Shown: positions 24,525-38,400 of the stretch, in pieces
Layout: every line of letters begins with the position of its first letter
Position numbering within the stretch: position 1 is the stretch's first letter
NCBI RefSeq assembly: GCF_001194135.2
Contig: NC_068984.1
Span: 83,258,868 to 83,310,607, forward strand
From: Octopus bimaculoides
Lineage: Eukaryota
DNA length: 51,740 nucleotides
Reading direction: 5' to 3'
Notes under the pieces: generated by a model
What the model saw: the letters and a program-made list of their open reading frames with translations, nothing else
Told to the model about the DNA's origin: nothing
Databases searched by the model: none
Translations under genes and position numbers: made by a program

Positions 24525-25886
24525 NNNNNNNNNNNNNNNNNNNNNNNNNNNNNNNNNNNNNNNNNNNNNNNNNNNNNNNNNNNNNNNNNNNNNNNNNNNN
24601 NNNNNNNNNNNNNNNNNNNNNNNNNNNNNNNNNNNNNNNNNNNNNNNNNNNNNNNNNNNNNNNNNNNNNNNNNNNNNNNNNNNNNNNNNNNNNNNNNNNN
24701 NNNNNNNNNNNNNNNNNNNNNNNNNNNNNNNNNNNNNNNNNNNNNNNNNNNNNNNNNNNNNNNNNNNNNNNNNNNNNNNNNNNNNNNNNNNNNNNNNNNN
24801 NNNNNNNNNNNNNNNNNNNNNNNNNNNNNNNNNNNNNNNNNNNNNNNNNNNNNNNNNNNNNNNNNNNNNNNNNNNNNNNNNNNNNNNNNNNNNNNNNNNN
24901 NNNNNNNNNNNNNNNNNNNNNNNNNNNNNNNNNNNNNNNNNNNNNNNNNNNNNNNNNNNNNNNNNNNNNNNNNNNNNNNNNNNNNNNNNNNNNNNNNNNN
25001 NNNNNNNNNNNNNNNNNNNNNNNNNNNNNNNNNNNNNNNNNNNNNNNNNNNNNNNNNNNNNNNNNNNNNNTATATATATGTATACACACGCATATATACA
25101 TACATGCACACACACACATACACGCACAGAAAGACAGGCAGAGAAGCAGAGACAGTAAGAAAGATTTGAGCAGACTAATTAATCTACACATGTTTCCTTG
25201 ATATGCCAGAAATATCAGCCAAATTCTTCAAATTACACACTCCTCTCTTACGCAAAGAAAAAGAAACAAAAAAAAATGGAATTGACACATAGCTACGTTT
25301 TCAAAAAGCTTCTGAGTGACAATGAAATATAGATAGAGTTCTCTATCTTGAATCATCAATCTTCATGTTAACTCTTCAAAATGGTGTACCTTAACAATCC
25401 AGGAGCAGGAAACTAACAATCAAATATCGGATTAACAAAAGGGATTAATTAGTTGCCACATCTCGGTGTTTTAGTGGTATTGACTAAATACCATAGGCAG
25501 CTGTCCGAAAATGATATCAGTCTTGTATATCTATGAAACATAATGTTGATACCAATACAGTATAAGATATAACCTGTAAAAAAGATGTGCATATCAGACG
25601 CTACGCTGACATAGAGTGTATTCTCAACCATAACATGGAAGAATGGTGGAACGAAAGAATGGTGGAATGTTCCTGCTAAAAACAATGACTGTAAGATGTA
25701 GTTATAATAGACCAGACATATTTATCTGGGGCATAAACAAGAAATTGTGAAGAGTTGAATAAATCGTTTATCCATTAGATGTTAAATTAATGTTAAAGAC
25801 AAAAGAAAAAGAAAAGCATCTGAATGAGCAAATAAGAATTTTGATGATGCAACATAACTACTATAATTTGGGATATATAACTTTAA

Positions 25887-26254
25887 ATGCAATGTTATTA
25901 CCAGTTCAAATATGCTTGTGGCGCGTTCGAACCCGTAAGAAAGCCATTCACTCTGTTTTGTCATGTAAAAAGTTTCGGTGTAGACAAATTGTGTAAATAT
26001 ACCTAAATCAGTTCGCAGCGCCACCTACCTAGCATTTCGGAATAGTTATCGCTTCTTCAGTCACAGAAACTTATGCTATGCCAGTCATCGTAGCGCCAAT
26101 CGGCGGCTCACTATAAATAAATTTCGGTGTGAGAGCGCTGGGCAGTTATGTGTATAAATAGAATGTGGTCACCAGTTCAAATATGCTTGTGACACGATCG
26201 AACCCGTAAGCAAGCCATTCACTGTGTTTTGTCATGGAGTGAATAACATTGCAT
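25887..26254. repeat. Cassette of a 13-bp inverted repeat pair enclosing two 66-bp direct repeats
   Basis: Direct repeats 25900-25965 and 26171-26236 (5 mismatches); inverted repeats atgcaatgttatt 25887-25899 and aataacattgcat 26242-26254. Confidence 0.85.
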
Positions 26255-26546
26255 CTATACACATTACTGCTTAGCGTTCCCACTTCGTAATATAACTTTG
26301 CATTATTTGGGCATTTGGTTATGGAACTAACCACCTTTCTATCAATCTTCAGAAACTGGATTTTACAATACACGAAAGGGGAAAATAATTAATACGAGCC
26401 ATTAATAGAACTGTAAAATATGTAAAACATTACAAAAGGTTAGCCTGTGAAATATCTACATGCACACATATAGACATACAGAACACATACAAACAATACA
26501 CACGCACACACACATATATATATATATATTCATGTACACATATATG

Positions 26547-26589
<43 letters not shown>

Positions 26590-28174
26590 TCTGCACACTA
26601 TTATATGCACATAAATGGCAAATACACATATATACACACATACATACCTGAATGCATGCATATACATATATAAGAATAGCTAGTTGATTTTTACATTCCA
26701 TTGACAGAACTTCGCTTCTGTGTTTGAAATGGCGTTATTGTCAATAGATTTGAAAAATAAAACCGGACAAACATACATACACACAAATACATATGTTCAT
26801 ACATGCATACATACACACGTACATACATTACTTTCCGCGTAACTTTTTCAATCACTTACATAAATACATACAAATCTAAAATCTCTCATACATAAGAGTA
26901 TGCAGATTTGTATGTAAGCTGTATATACATTCACTTACTTCCATTCATAAATTCAGGCATACATACTCACACAAACGCACATATGTGTACATACATACAC
27001 ACATATATAACCAGTATTTTAACCCAGTGGAACATGAAGGTAAGTTACTGATTGCTGTGGGCGATATGTCAATAGATTTTATCAGTGGTGTAAGTAAAGA
27101 TAAGTTGAGAAGATAGAGCTGGAAGTGAGAGGAAGCGATAAGAGTGAGATAGAGAGGTAGAAAAAATACACGGTGTAAAGGAAAGGTTTAGATGGGTGAA
27201 AGGAGTGTCAGTAATTATTACACACGGGGAGAAACAGAGGGGTTAGAAAGGTATATGAGAGATAGAAAGAGAGAGAGGGAGAAAGTGAGAGAGAGAGAGC
27301 GACAGACATAGAGACAAACACAGAGAAAGAGAGAGAATGTGTGTGAGAGCGAAATGATAGCATAAACGTGCTTCAATGTAACTATATAGTCGCCGTGCTT
27401 TGGTTGACGGCAATGCCTTCGGCACAGGAAAGGCCGTGCACATCATGACTCGACCCTCAAATGTTATTTGGCATAACTTTACAGTGAAATGCCTAATTTA
27501 GAAATGATGATCATGATGATGATGATGTGGATGATTATGGTGATGACGATAATGACGACGACGAAGATGACAACGACAACAACATCTTTGATGCGTGTCA
27601 AAGATAATAACAGTGGGTGTTATACGTAAGTTCTTAGCGAACCGTTGTAGACTTCGACTTATTTATTTATCTATTTATTCTGTACAGGTTTAAAGCAAAG
27701 AATGAGACATGCTAACTTTCTTTCATTCTCCAGAAAAGTTACTGTCCTGCCAAACCGAAACAGTTAATCTAATTCCTCTCTTCCGTAATATCCTAAAAAT
27801 AAACTACAATAAAAAATCAATTTTTAAAACCACTCTAGATGCAACATGTGCAATAAAACTGAAATGTCCTATTATTTAAATCCATATTTTCTTCTCTCAA
27901 TCGCCACCTCTCCCACCGTTTATTCATTATTACTCCCCCCTCTTTCCCGCTATCTATCTCGCTCTTATCACCTTCTCTCTCTCCCTTTCTGTACTTTCCT
28001 CTAATTTTCACTTATTCCAATGATAAGATTATTAAAATGTCGCCCAAAACAATTAATGACTTACTTTCATTGTCTATCGGAATAAAGTGTTGCTTTTTAA
28101 GTGTGTCATTATATGTATGTAAGCATGCATGTATGCACGATGTATAAATATTCATACACAAATGTGTGTGTATG

Positions 28175-28278
<104 letters not shown>

Positions 28279-29225
28279 TGAGTGTATGCATATATATATA
28301 CAGACACACATACATACAGTTTATAAAGTATTCATTTTCATATAAATTTTAGACATTAATATATGTATTCACATGCCCACGCACATACGTACACACACAC
28401 ACACATCCATACATGCATGATCGTTTTACAGTATGTTTCGTCTCTGTCATCTCCGAGTTCAAATACCGCCTCGGTATATATAAAAAAATTACGGTTCGAT
28501 CAATAAAGCACCATTCGAATGGATTGCTTGAATTATTGTCACTTGAACTCAGAATGTAAAGAGCTTTCACAGAGGTCTGAAGGTATCTCTACCAACGAAC
28601 GCTGTTACACAGTAATTAAACGAGTCCCTCGAGACCCGGCTAACCCTGATAAGACTCCAGTGTTAGAATGAGCTATGTGTTGATTAGGGTATCACATCGG
28701 TCGTATTAATAAACAAGTGGACTCCGCAGAAAGCGGAATAAACTTTAGGACAGAAAAAACTTGTCTTTTATTGAAACAAATCATCACCACTATTTGTCTC
28801 GACCTTCCTTGTTTTTAGTTTTGTAATATGTATGTACGTACTCTACAGAAATGAACAAAACTACATTATTAACGTGTAGAATATAGTCGACCTCAACATA
28901 TCGGTACATTTTCATTGACATTGCACAAGATATGAAACTAACATTTGCTAGAAATAACATCCGAATCAACCTTAAATCATATTCTACCATTTAAAGAAAA
29001 GAACATATTGGATAATGTATTTTAGAATAAAATTTTCAAAACAGATGGGTCAATAACTGCCAGCCTCCTCTGCAGATTAAAATATAAAGAAGAACAAAAG
29101 ACATTTTGTTCCTCACTACCAACAGTGCACTCTGTTTTATATTACTTCTGTAGTCCAGTACTGCCGATCAGACAATTCGCTGACAGTTCCAGTGGCAGTT
29201 AAGCTTTAATATAAGAAGAGTTTAA

Positions 29226-29778
29226 GGCAGCGAGCTAGCAGAAACGTTAGCACGCCGAGAGAAATGCTTAGCGGTATTTCGTCTGCCGTTACGTTCTGAG
29301 TTCAAATTCCGCCGAGGTCGACTTTGCCTTTCATCCTTTCAGGGTCGATAAATCAAGTACCAGTTACGCACTGGGGTCGATGTAATCGACTTAATCCGTT
29401 CGTCTGTTCTTGTTTGTTCCCTCTATGTTTAGCCCCTTGTGGGCAATAACGAAATAAGTATTTCGTCTGCCGCTACGTTCTGAGTTCAAATTCTGCCGAG
29501 GTCAACTTTGCCTTTCGTCCCTTCGGAGTCGATTAAATAAGTAAGTACCAGTTATGCACTGGGGTCGATATAATCGACTTAATCCGTTTGTCTGACCTTG
29601 TTTGTCCCCTCTGTGTGTAGTCCCTTGTGGGCAGTAAAGAAATAAGAAACGTTAGCGCGCCGGGCGAATGCTTAACGGTATTTCGTCTATTTTTACGTTT
29701 TGAGTTCAAATTCCACCGAGGTCGACTTTGCCTTTCATTCTTTCGGGGTCGATAAATTAAGTACTGGTTGCGTACTGG
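29226..29778 (+). mobile_element. Head-to-tail trimer of SINE family A (long-tail subfamily)
   Basis: Copies 29226-29458, 29459-29646 (5'-truncated) and 29647-29778 (5'- and 3'-truncated). Each has gagttcaaatt and gtc(g/a)actttgcctttc. Confidence 0.92.
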
Positions 29779-29823
29779 ATTGTGCTACTCCACGACGTTT
29801 CTCACAGCGCAAAACAGCTGATT

Positions 29824-29901
<78 letters not shown>

Positions 29902-30162
29902 TAGACAGACAGACAGACAGACAGACAAAGACAGACAGAGACAGACAGACAGATAGACAGAGACATAGAGAGAAGCAGAGAGAGAGGGAAAGAGAGAAGT
30001 ACTAGAATTTACCCCAGTTAAAAAGAACTGGTATTTGGTTTATAGTTCCTTAAAACATGATAGGAGATTTGAACTCGGACTAACTACGACACTAATTAGT
30101 CTCATAACTGACGCCAACGTTGTGCCCAAGTATATTTCTAAAGAAACATTTCAATAATAATT

Positions 30163-30375
30163 GCTTCTGATTTAGGTGCAAAAACCAGCCATTTTGATGG
30201 GAGGAATTTGTCAATTACATCGCCGCCAGTTCTGGACTGGTACTTTATTCTATCGACCTTAAAAGGATGCAAGGCAAATTTGACCTCGATGGGATTTGAA
30301 CCCAAAATGTAAAGAATAAAGAGCAGGAACAAATGTCGCAAGCATTTTTTTTTCAAATGATTCTACCAGTTCATC
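30163..30375 (-). mobile_element. SINE family A
   Basis: tggtactttattctatcgacc..aggatgcaaggcaaatttgacctc..ggatttgaaccc is the reverse complement of the family core. Confidence 0.8.
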
Positions 30376-30522
30376 GATTACTATTAACTATAAATAGCCA
30401 ATGACAAAAATAAAGGAAAGTTGGTTCTCATTTAGACGTATTGAACCGTAATACATGTGCGTTTTCTGTATAACCAGAGTTGTGTGTGAATATCTGTGCA
30501 CATCTATGTATGCAGTGTTTAA

Positions 30523-30558
<36 letters not shown>

Positions 30559-31059
30559 CGCGCGCGCGAGTGTGTGTGTGAGCGCCTATGTACGTGTATA
30601 TGTATATATATATATATTAATGGCTGGGTGATTCGATGGATGTATGGATGTATGCTTGCATGTGCGTATGTGTGAACGTAATCTGCCCTTCTTTCTGTTC
30701 CATTTCGTTTTTTATCTGTGACCGCTGTACTCGCTTTCTCTTTGCCCTCGCCTTCTTCCTCGACCTCTCTCTCTTCACAGAGTCACGCACGCGCGCACCC
30801 TCATTCTCTCTTTCCCTCTCTCTCTCTCTCTCTCTCTAAATCTCTATCTGTCNNNNNNNNNNTCTGTCACAGTGCTTCTCCAGGAAATCTGCTATTCCTT
30901 GCTATCTTGATTACCATTAACCAAAATAATGCCATTTCGGAGACTGATTTTCGTCCGGACGAGTTTCCATTAATTTTGGAATTAAACCTTCATTTGGTTT
31001 GAAAACAAAAGGTTAATTATACTTCAATATTTAACGGGCCCGTCACTTTCACAATATGC

Positions 31060-31115
31060 CATGATTATTATTATCATTATCATTATTATTATTATTATCA
31101 TTATTATTTTTATTA

Positions 31116-31162
<47 letters not shown>

Positions 31163-31167
31163 TATTA

Positions 31168-31241
<74 letters not shown>

Positions 31242-32037
31242 ATCACCACCATTGTCATCATCATCACCATTGTTGTTGTTGTTCTTGATAGTGGTGGCGG
31301 CGATGGTTCCACTGCTATTGTTATTATTAATGATGTTATCGTCGTCGTCGCCGTTGTTCTAATAGTATAAATAATGCTATTATATTGAATTGATTGTATT
31401 ATAAGGTTGCTTTTGTTGTTGTTTTTGTTGAACATCATTATTTTTAGATGAAATAAATTTCCTTCTCTATATTTGCTGTCGCTGCTGAGTGTGCTGCTGG
31501 TATGCTGCTGTTGTTGCTGCCGTTGAGTGTTTTTGTTGTTTACCGTCAGCGAAATTATGAATATGTCCAGTGCCCTCATGATGACGCATTCGTACAAATA
31601 CCAACATGTCATCATCATCGTCGTCGTCGTCGTCATAATTCATCATCAATATCATCATCGTCATCATCATTGTCATCATCATCATCATCATCATCATCGA
31701 CATTGTCGTTGTCATCATCCTCGTCGTCGTCATAACTCATCATCAACATCATTATCATCGTCGTCGTCGTCATCGANNNNNNNNNNTAACCCATCATCAA
31801 CATCATTATCATCGTCGTCGTCGTCATCGTCATCATCATCATCGTCATCATCATCATCGTCATCATTATTGTCATCATCATCATCATCATCGACATTGTC
31901 GTTGTCATCATACTCGTCGTCGTCATAACTCATCATCAACATCATTATCATCGTCGTCGTCGTCATCGACATCATCATCATCGTCATCATCATCATCGAC
32001 ATTGTCGTTGTCATCATCGTCGTCATCATCATCGTCG

Positions 32038-32091
<54 letters not shown>

Positions 32092-32200
32092 CCATCGTCA
32101 TCATCGCCGTCTATTTCATTGTTCATGTTTTGTTGTCGCTTTGCTTTTGCTGTTATTATTATTATTATTATTAATATTATTATTATTATTATTATTATTC
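31060..32200. repeat. Compound (ATT)n/(ATC)n/(GTC)n trinucleotide array with higher-order units
   Basis: Read directly; gacattgtcgttgtcatcat recurs three times. Confidence 0.95.
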
Positions 32201-33435
32201 TAGTCATCGCTGTTGACTTTAAAAGTGTTGGTAATTTTATTGTTAGTTCAATTAGATCAAATACATATATCATGTACGCGTCTGTACACCGTCTATACAC
32301 TCTATACATAGTACGTGCATGCATGCATGCATACATACATACACACATGTTTTTACTCATGTGTGCACGTATGTATGTGCGAGCGTGTGTGAGGGGGTTG
32401 ATGGCTTAGAGAGCAAGACAACACGCACACACACACATATATACGTACCAGACATGTACATCTACAACCAGGCATATCACCAAAGAGCAGCAGGCTAATG
32501 GAATAGTTTAAAAGACAATGTAATATTCGTGTACTTAATTAGATCAACGAGCAAGATGTTCTACAATAAAATACACAACAATGTTAGGGAGGTAGAAGGG
32601 CGAAGTGGGAGATATGAAGATGACGTGGGAGATAGGAAGGTGAAGTAGGAGGTAAGACGATAAAATGAGAGGTAGGAGGTTGAGGTGGGAGAATTAGAAA
32701 GAAAGGAAAGTGGAGGGGTGTGTTTGAAAGGATAAGGTAGATCTCTAGATAACAGTATGGGAATGTCGTATATGTGTTATGTCAGGTTGTGGTGCGGCGG
32801 CTGCAACGGAGACGACAACAGTAATAACGAAAACAACTTTTAACATTGACAACAACGACAACAATAACGATGAGAACATCGGTAATAATAACAACTGACC
32901 TGGAGCTAAACGATGATAGTTACGACGGCGACAACTTTAACAACAGTGACAGCTATAACAGCAACACCAGAAACAACAACAACAACAACAACAACAACAA
33001 TAACAACAATAACAACAATAACAATCAACTTGGAACTGAAAATAACAGCATCAGTATTAAGAATTTACAACAGCAGCAGCAGTGGCAACGATAAGGAGAA
33101 GGATAACAGCAACATCAACAGTAATAGCAGAAACAGCAGTAATAAAAGTTGCAGTGATAACATCAATAACACAAAAAACAAAATTACATCAAGACTAATT
33201 ATAATGACTCCTACTCCTGGATTGTATCTTACTGTTCATGGGCTACCTCCACTGAAACACTCCCACCTCATTTACTTTGTCTTCTTACTCATATTGTATC
33301 ATTTCTGGCCCTATACTAACTGATACACTTAGACCCTCTTCCTCTGAACATCGGTCCCCGAGATTCGGCAACCGTTGGTTTTTCTTCTTTTTTTTTTTCC
33401 TTTTCTGCAGTTGTAGTTTTCCACCAGTTGAGGAG

Positions 33436-33662
33436 GTATCCTTTTGATATTAACCCGCCCAAGACAGCCTCTGTTTCTATGATGCAAACTCCTATATAAA
33501 GTGACATGAATCAAAATTTCTCATTAAAATTTCACTCTGATTTATGTTCCAATCCCCAGTTTAATAATGACCAAGATATTTCATTAAATTCTTCATTGTT
33601 TACAACATTAATTGAAGTAAAGAGGGTGTATTTCAGGAGAAATTCGGTAACCAAAGGGTTAA
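33436..33662. mobile_element. piggyBac-type MITE
   Basis: Right end ggtaaccaaaggg-TTAA; left end is a decayed inverted copy (gtatccttttgata). Non-coding, ~230 bp. Confidence 0.6.
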
Positions 33663-33854
33663 CAATGACAAACTAAACAATCTAGGAGGGCCTGTGACGG
33701 TCTTCCGAACTTTCTACTTACAAGACGGTGGGTACACTGCCCTGAATCAAAATGAAGCGTAAACAAATCCTTGTTAATAATCGGCAATAATCGACAATTT
33801 CAGTGATTTTGAAGACTTGCAAAGGACATAGAGATATCCTCTGCACCTAGACTA

Positions 33855-35159
33855 AAATAATACGCTACTCTTCAAGTTGGAGGAGTGTTGTGAATGCGTG
33901 GATGTATGAAGGAATATATATGTACATTTTTCTAGACGTTTGTATTGACAAACGACCGGAAAAGCACTGAATGTATAAAGTGGTATGTTTATATTCCATT
34001 AGAAGCTGCAGTTTCATGACCAAATCATTGAATACAAATACAAATACCTAATCAGAATCATGGAACTCAAAGTTTTAAGCACATCAGTGGTCAGAAACTC
34101 TCAACAGAGCTGACAGCAGAAGGTCTTCAGAGAAGAAAGGCCCACCAACCAAATGTCTCGACCCTTTACTTATTACACTATAAATATGTTTAATTTTCAA
34201 GGAAAGATCCAGGGAAATAATTACTAAGGTATCCAAATGTCACATAAGCATTTTAAGACATTAGTAACCACACGTACATGAGTAATAATTCCAAGGAGAA
34301 ATGAGACGTGTTTTGGAGGATATAAGAGAAATGGAAAATGGAGACAAACGCACAAGGTGTTATTTAATCGACCCTGATGAGATTCATACATTATTCCACC
34401 TTATTTTTCCTCNNNNNNNNNNNNNNNNNNNNNNNNNNNNNNNNNNNNNNNNNNNNNNNNNNNNNNNNNNNNNNNNNNNNNNNNNNNNNNNNNNNNNNNN
34501 NNNNNNNNNNNNNNNNNNNNNNNNNNNNNNNNNNNNNNNNNNNNNNNNNNNNNNNNNNNNNNNNNNNNNNNNNNNNNNNNNNNNNNNNNNNNNNAGTATA
34601 TATATATACATTTATATACGTATATATGTATATATATAGTATATATATATACATACACACATACATACATATGTGTATGTGTATATAACGTACATAGTGT
34701 TTGCAACCCACTACCATTAATAAAACCGTTTGATAATATTACATATGTTTATAAGTAGCTAGCTTCCAATGAATATGAAATACAGAAGAGATCAGATCAA
34801 TAATATTTAAGTTTTCTATGACAATAACTCATCACTGAAACGTTAAGAATAAATAGAGAAATTTCTTGGTGTATTTATCTGTCTGCGATTAAGGTTTCTG
34901 TATCATAGGTGGTTTCAGTAAGGAACAAAATAGTATGCTACTATTCGAGTTGGAGAAGAGTTGTGAATGTGTTGATGTCTGAAGGAATGTACATATGTGT
35001 TTTACAAGAGGTTGCTATCGACAAACGACCGGAAAAGCAGTGAATATATAAAGTGGTATGTATATATTCCATTAGAAGCTGCAGTGTCCTAATTGGAAAT
35101 TTTGTATGCATGTTTCAAATCATTGAATACTAATAATGAAGATCATGGAACTCAGAGTT
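33855..35159 (+). repeat. Local direct duplication (33855-34074 and 34928-35159)
   Basis: Near-identical core gacaaacgaccggaaaagca.tgaat.tataaagtggtatgt.tatattccattagaagctgcagt with more diverged flanks. Confidence 0.9.
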
Positions 35160-35208
35160 ACGATTCAAGAAGTTTTGGCTTCCAATAATGTATACATACA
35201 CACGCACG

Positions 35209-35251
<43 letters not shown>

Positions 35252-35574
35252 AAGTATGTACGTACATGTGTATGAATGTATTATATATGTATGCATGTAT
35301 GTATGTATATATGTATGTATCTATGTATGTATGTATGTATGTATGTATGTATGTATGTATGTACATGAAATTATAAAAACCACATCTTGTGGAAAATCAG
35401 CTGCCCATGTTTTCCTGGCCGAAAAATGAATTTATTTCGCTATTTATTAAGATGGTCTTTACCAGCTTCATAAATGGTGAAATAAATTAATATTTGAGCC
35501 AAGAAACCTTCGGTACCTGTACTTCACAAAGCTTTTGGGGTTTTATTATAATATCACATGCATACACACATACA

Positions 35575-35611
<37 letters not shown>

Positions 35612-36480
35612 ATAAANNNNNNNNNNNNNNNNNNNNNNNNNNNNNNNNNNNNNNNNNNNNNNNNNNNNNNNNNNNNNNNNNNNNNNNNNNNNNNNNNNNN
35701 NNNNNNNNNNNNNNNNNNNNNNNNNNNNNNNNNNNNNNNNNNNNNNNNNNNNNNNNNNNNNNNNNNNNNNNNNNNNNNNNNNNNNNNNNNNNNNNNNNNN
35801 NNNNNNNNNNNNNNNNNNNNNNNNNNNNNNNNNNNNNNNNNNNNNNNNNNNNNNNNNNNNNNNNNNNNNNNNNNNNNNNNNNNNNNNNNNNNNNNNNNNN
35901 NNNNNNNNNNNNNNNNNNNNNNNNNNNNNNNNNNNNNNNNNNNNNNNNNNNNNNNNNNNNNNNNNNNNNNNNNNNNNNNNNNNNNNNNNNNNNNNNNNNN
36001 NNNNNNNNNNNNNNNNNNNNNNNNNNNNNNNNNNNNNNNNNNNNNNNNNNNNNNNNNNNNNNNNNNNNNNNNNNNNNNNNNNNNNNNNNNNNNNNNNNNN
36101 NNNNNNNNNNNNNNNNNNNNNNNNNNNNNNNNNNNNNNNNNNNNNNNNNNNNNNNNNNNNNNNNNNNNNNNNNNNNNNNNNNNNNNNNNNNNNNNNNNNN
36201 NNNNNNNNNNNNNNNNNNNNNNNNNNNNNNNNNNNNNNNNNNNNNNNNNNNNNNNNNNNNNNNNNNNNNNNNNNNNNNNNNNNNNNNNNNNNNNNNNNNN
36301 NNNNNNNNNNNNNNNNNNNNNNNNNNNNNNNNNNNNNNNNNNNNNNNNNNNNNNNNNNNNNNNNNNNNNNNNNNNNNNNNNNNNNNNNNNNNNNNNNNNN
36401 NNNNNNNNNNNNNNNNNNNNNNNNNNNNNNNNNNNNNNNNNNNNNNNNNNNNNNNNNNNNNNNNNNNNNNNNNNNNNNNN

Positions 36481-36537
<57 letters not shown>

Positions 36538-37308
36538 TTGCTATTCGCATCAAGCAAATTCAACTGAAAAAGTACTCTAACCAGTGCGAGACAAATATCA
36601 TTTAATGTACATAATGTAAAGATATGAGTTACTAATAGTTTCATGCTTTGGAAACACGGGTCGAGGCAGGTTTTTAAAATACACTTTGCATCTCCAAGCA
36701 ATTTTTGGGTTCTGAGTACATATTCTACACAATTTTTGAATCAGGACGGTGGTACAGATTGCAATACGTAATGTGACAGAATATATAATCTTTTTTAATC
36801 ATAGATTACTGCAATTGTACCTCGGGCATACACGTGCGCGCGTACAGACACACAGACACCCCTTACACACACACGCACACAAACAAGCAAAAAGCATACA
36901 CAGGTACACACATTTAAACAGTTTGGAAGATATACTTTCGCGCGGTAGGATGTGATAGAGCAAATAAGGTAAGTTTTTTAAAGAAAGCATACTTTTCCTA
37001 TTTTACTCGCATCGTTTTCTGAATCACTCAAAATTCAATCATGCGACGAAGTATACTTTTTAACAAACTGGCTGAAACTACACACCCTACGAAACGTACT
37101 TGGACGTTCTGAAGCTGTTTTACAAGTTGGTTTCAGTTGACCGTGTGAAATTATCTGTACTCTAGCATCAGCTTTGAGTACTTTTTCTCCGAATCCGTTA
37201 CGTCTAACGAAAGTAAATATATACATCCATCCATCCATACACACACACGGATACATGTATACATACGAACATGTATATATACGAACATGTATATATACGT
37301 GTGTGTGT

Positions 37309-37362
<54 letters not shown>

Positions 37363-37978
37363 AAGATTGATATAATACATATTATGTGAGAGTATAATAT
37401 GCATTATATTAGTACTTACAATAGCGAGAACACAAGTATACACAGTGAAATACACATGTCTTAAGGAATGAACACATGTCTATTATACAGGCATAATGTA
37501 ACATCCCAACACACTTACCATTCCATCCAAAATTCTGCTACAAACCACTATAGTTTGACAATCCATCATCGATGTTTGCCCCATTTCTTTACTGCCGTTC
37601 CAACAGCTGAATGTATATCAACACGGACTGAAACAATGAATCGCTAGGCAATTGATGGCTTGGTTTTGTCTAAATTTACTATAAAGTCAGTAATAAATCT
37701 GTCTGAATGTATATCCGCCTGTCTTCCTGCGTCTTTGTATATTTTATGGCTATATCTAGCTAGCTAATGAGATATATATGATATAATATAATATAATATA
37801 ATATAATATAATATATGTGGAAGCACATATATACATATTTACATACATGCATACACACACACACACACACACACACAGAGTAAAATCTATTGGCCAACAC
37901 AACGTGGCAAATCGACTTTACTGTTCGGTATTGTTATTACATATTTCTCGTTCAGAAATTTTAAACTTGTTGTTTCTC

Positions 37979-38026
<48 letters not shown>

Positions 38027-38133
38027 NNNNNNNNNNNNNNNNNNNNNNNNNNNNNNNNNNNNNNNACCGTACACACAAAATAGCACATACCTGCATATAT
38101 ACACACAAACAGTCACACACATGCACGCGCGCG

Positions 38134-38193
<60 letters not shown>

Positions 38194-38269
38194 GCATCAG
38201 GCATTTATAATGGAGTCTCTCGATTTCGAAATATGAGTGTACGGTAGTTCGATGAAGTGGCGACCTACT

Positions 38270-38400
38270 TCTTAAATTAACGTTTGAAGTGGCCAAGTAT
38301 TCTACAGCCACGTGTGCCCCTTAACGTAATTCTGACACGAAGAATCAGTGTGACATAATGTGAACAGACTTGATCTTTTCAGTTCCAGGTACGAGTTTCT
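38270..38400 (-). mobile_element. SINE family B, 3'-region fragment
   Basis: gtgccccttaacgtaattct..gaatcagtgtgaca is the reverse complement of the 39610-39690 body. Confidence 0.65.

Noticed and set aside
28622-28738. Structured-looking segment (tccctcg, gagtcc/ggactc, tccgc-agaaa-gcgga) as an HDV-like ribozyme
   Set aside because: No P1 partner for the strand after the putative P3, so the double pseudoknot cannot be built.
29226-29778. Repeat array as a CRISPR-like locus
   Set aside because: The units are tRNA-derived SINE copies without unique spacers, in a eukaryotic context.
31049-32409. Poly-Asp, poly-Ser and poly-His ORFs
   Set aside because: They arise from (ATC/GTC)n in several frames on both strands and are not evidence of a gene.
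34375-34385. CTGATGAG hit (another CTGATGA at ~49393)
   Set aside because: No stem II or GAAA follows; the 49393 hit lies within an antisense SINE A core.
37030-37130. Possible third mariner N-terminus (..aaactggctgaaactaca..tggtttcag)
   Set aside because: Only a few scattered residues match and it needs several frameshifts.
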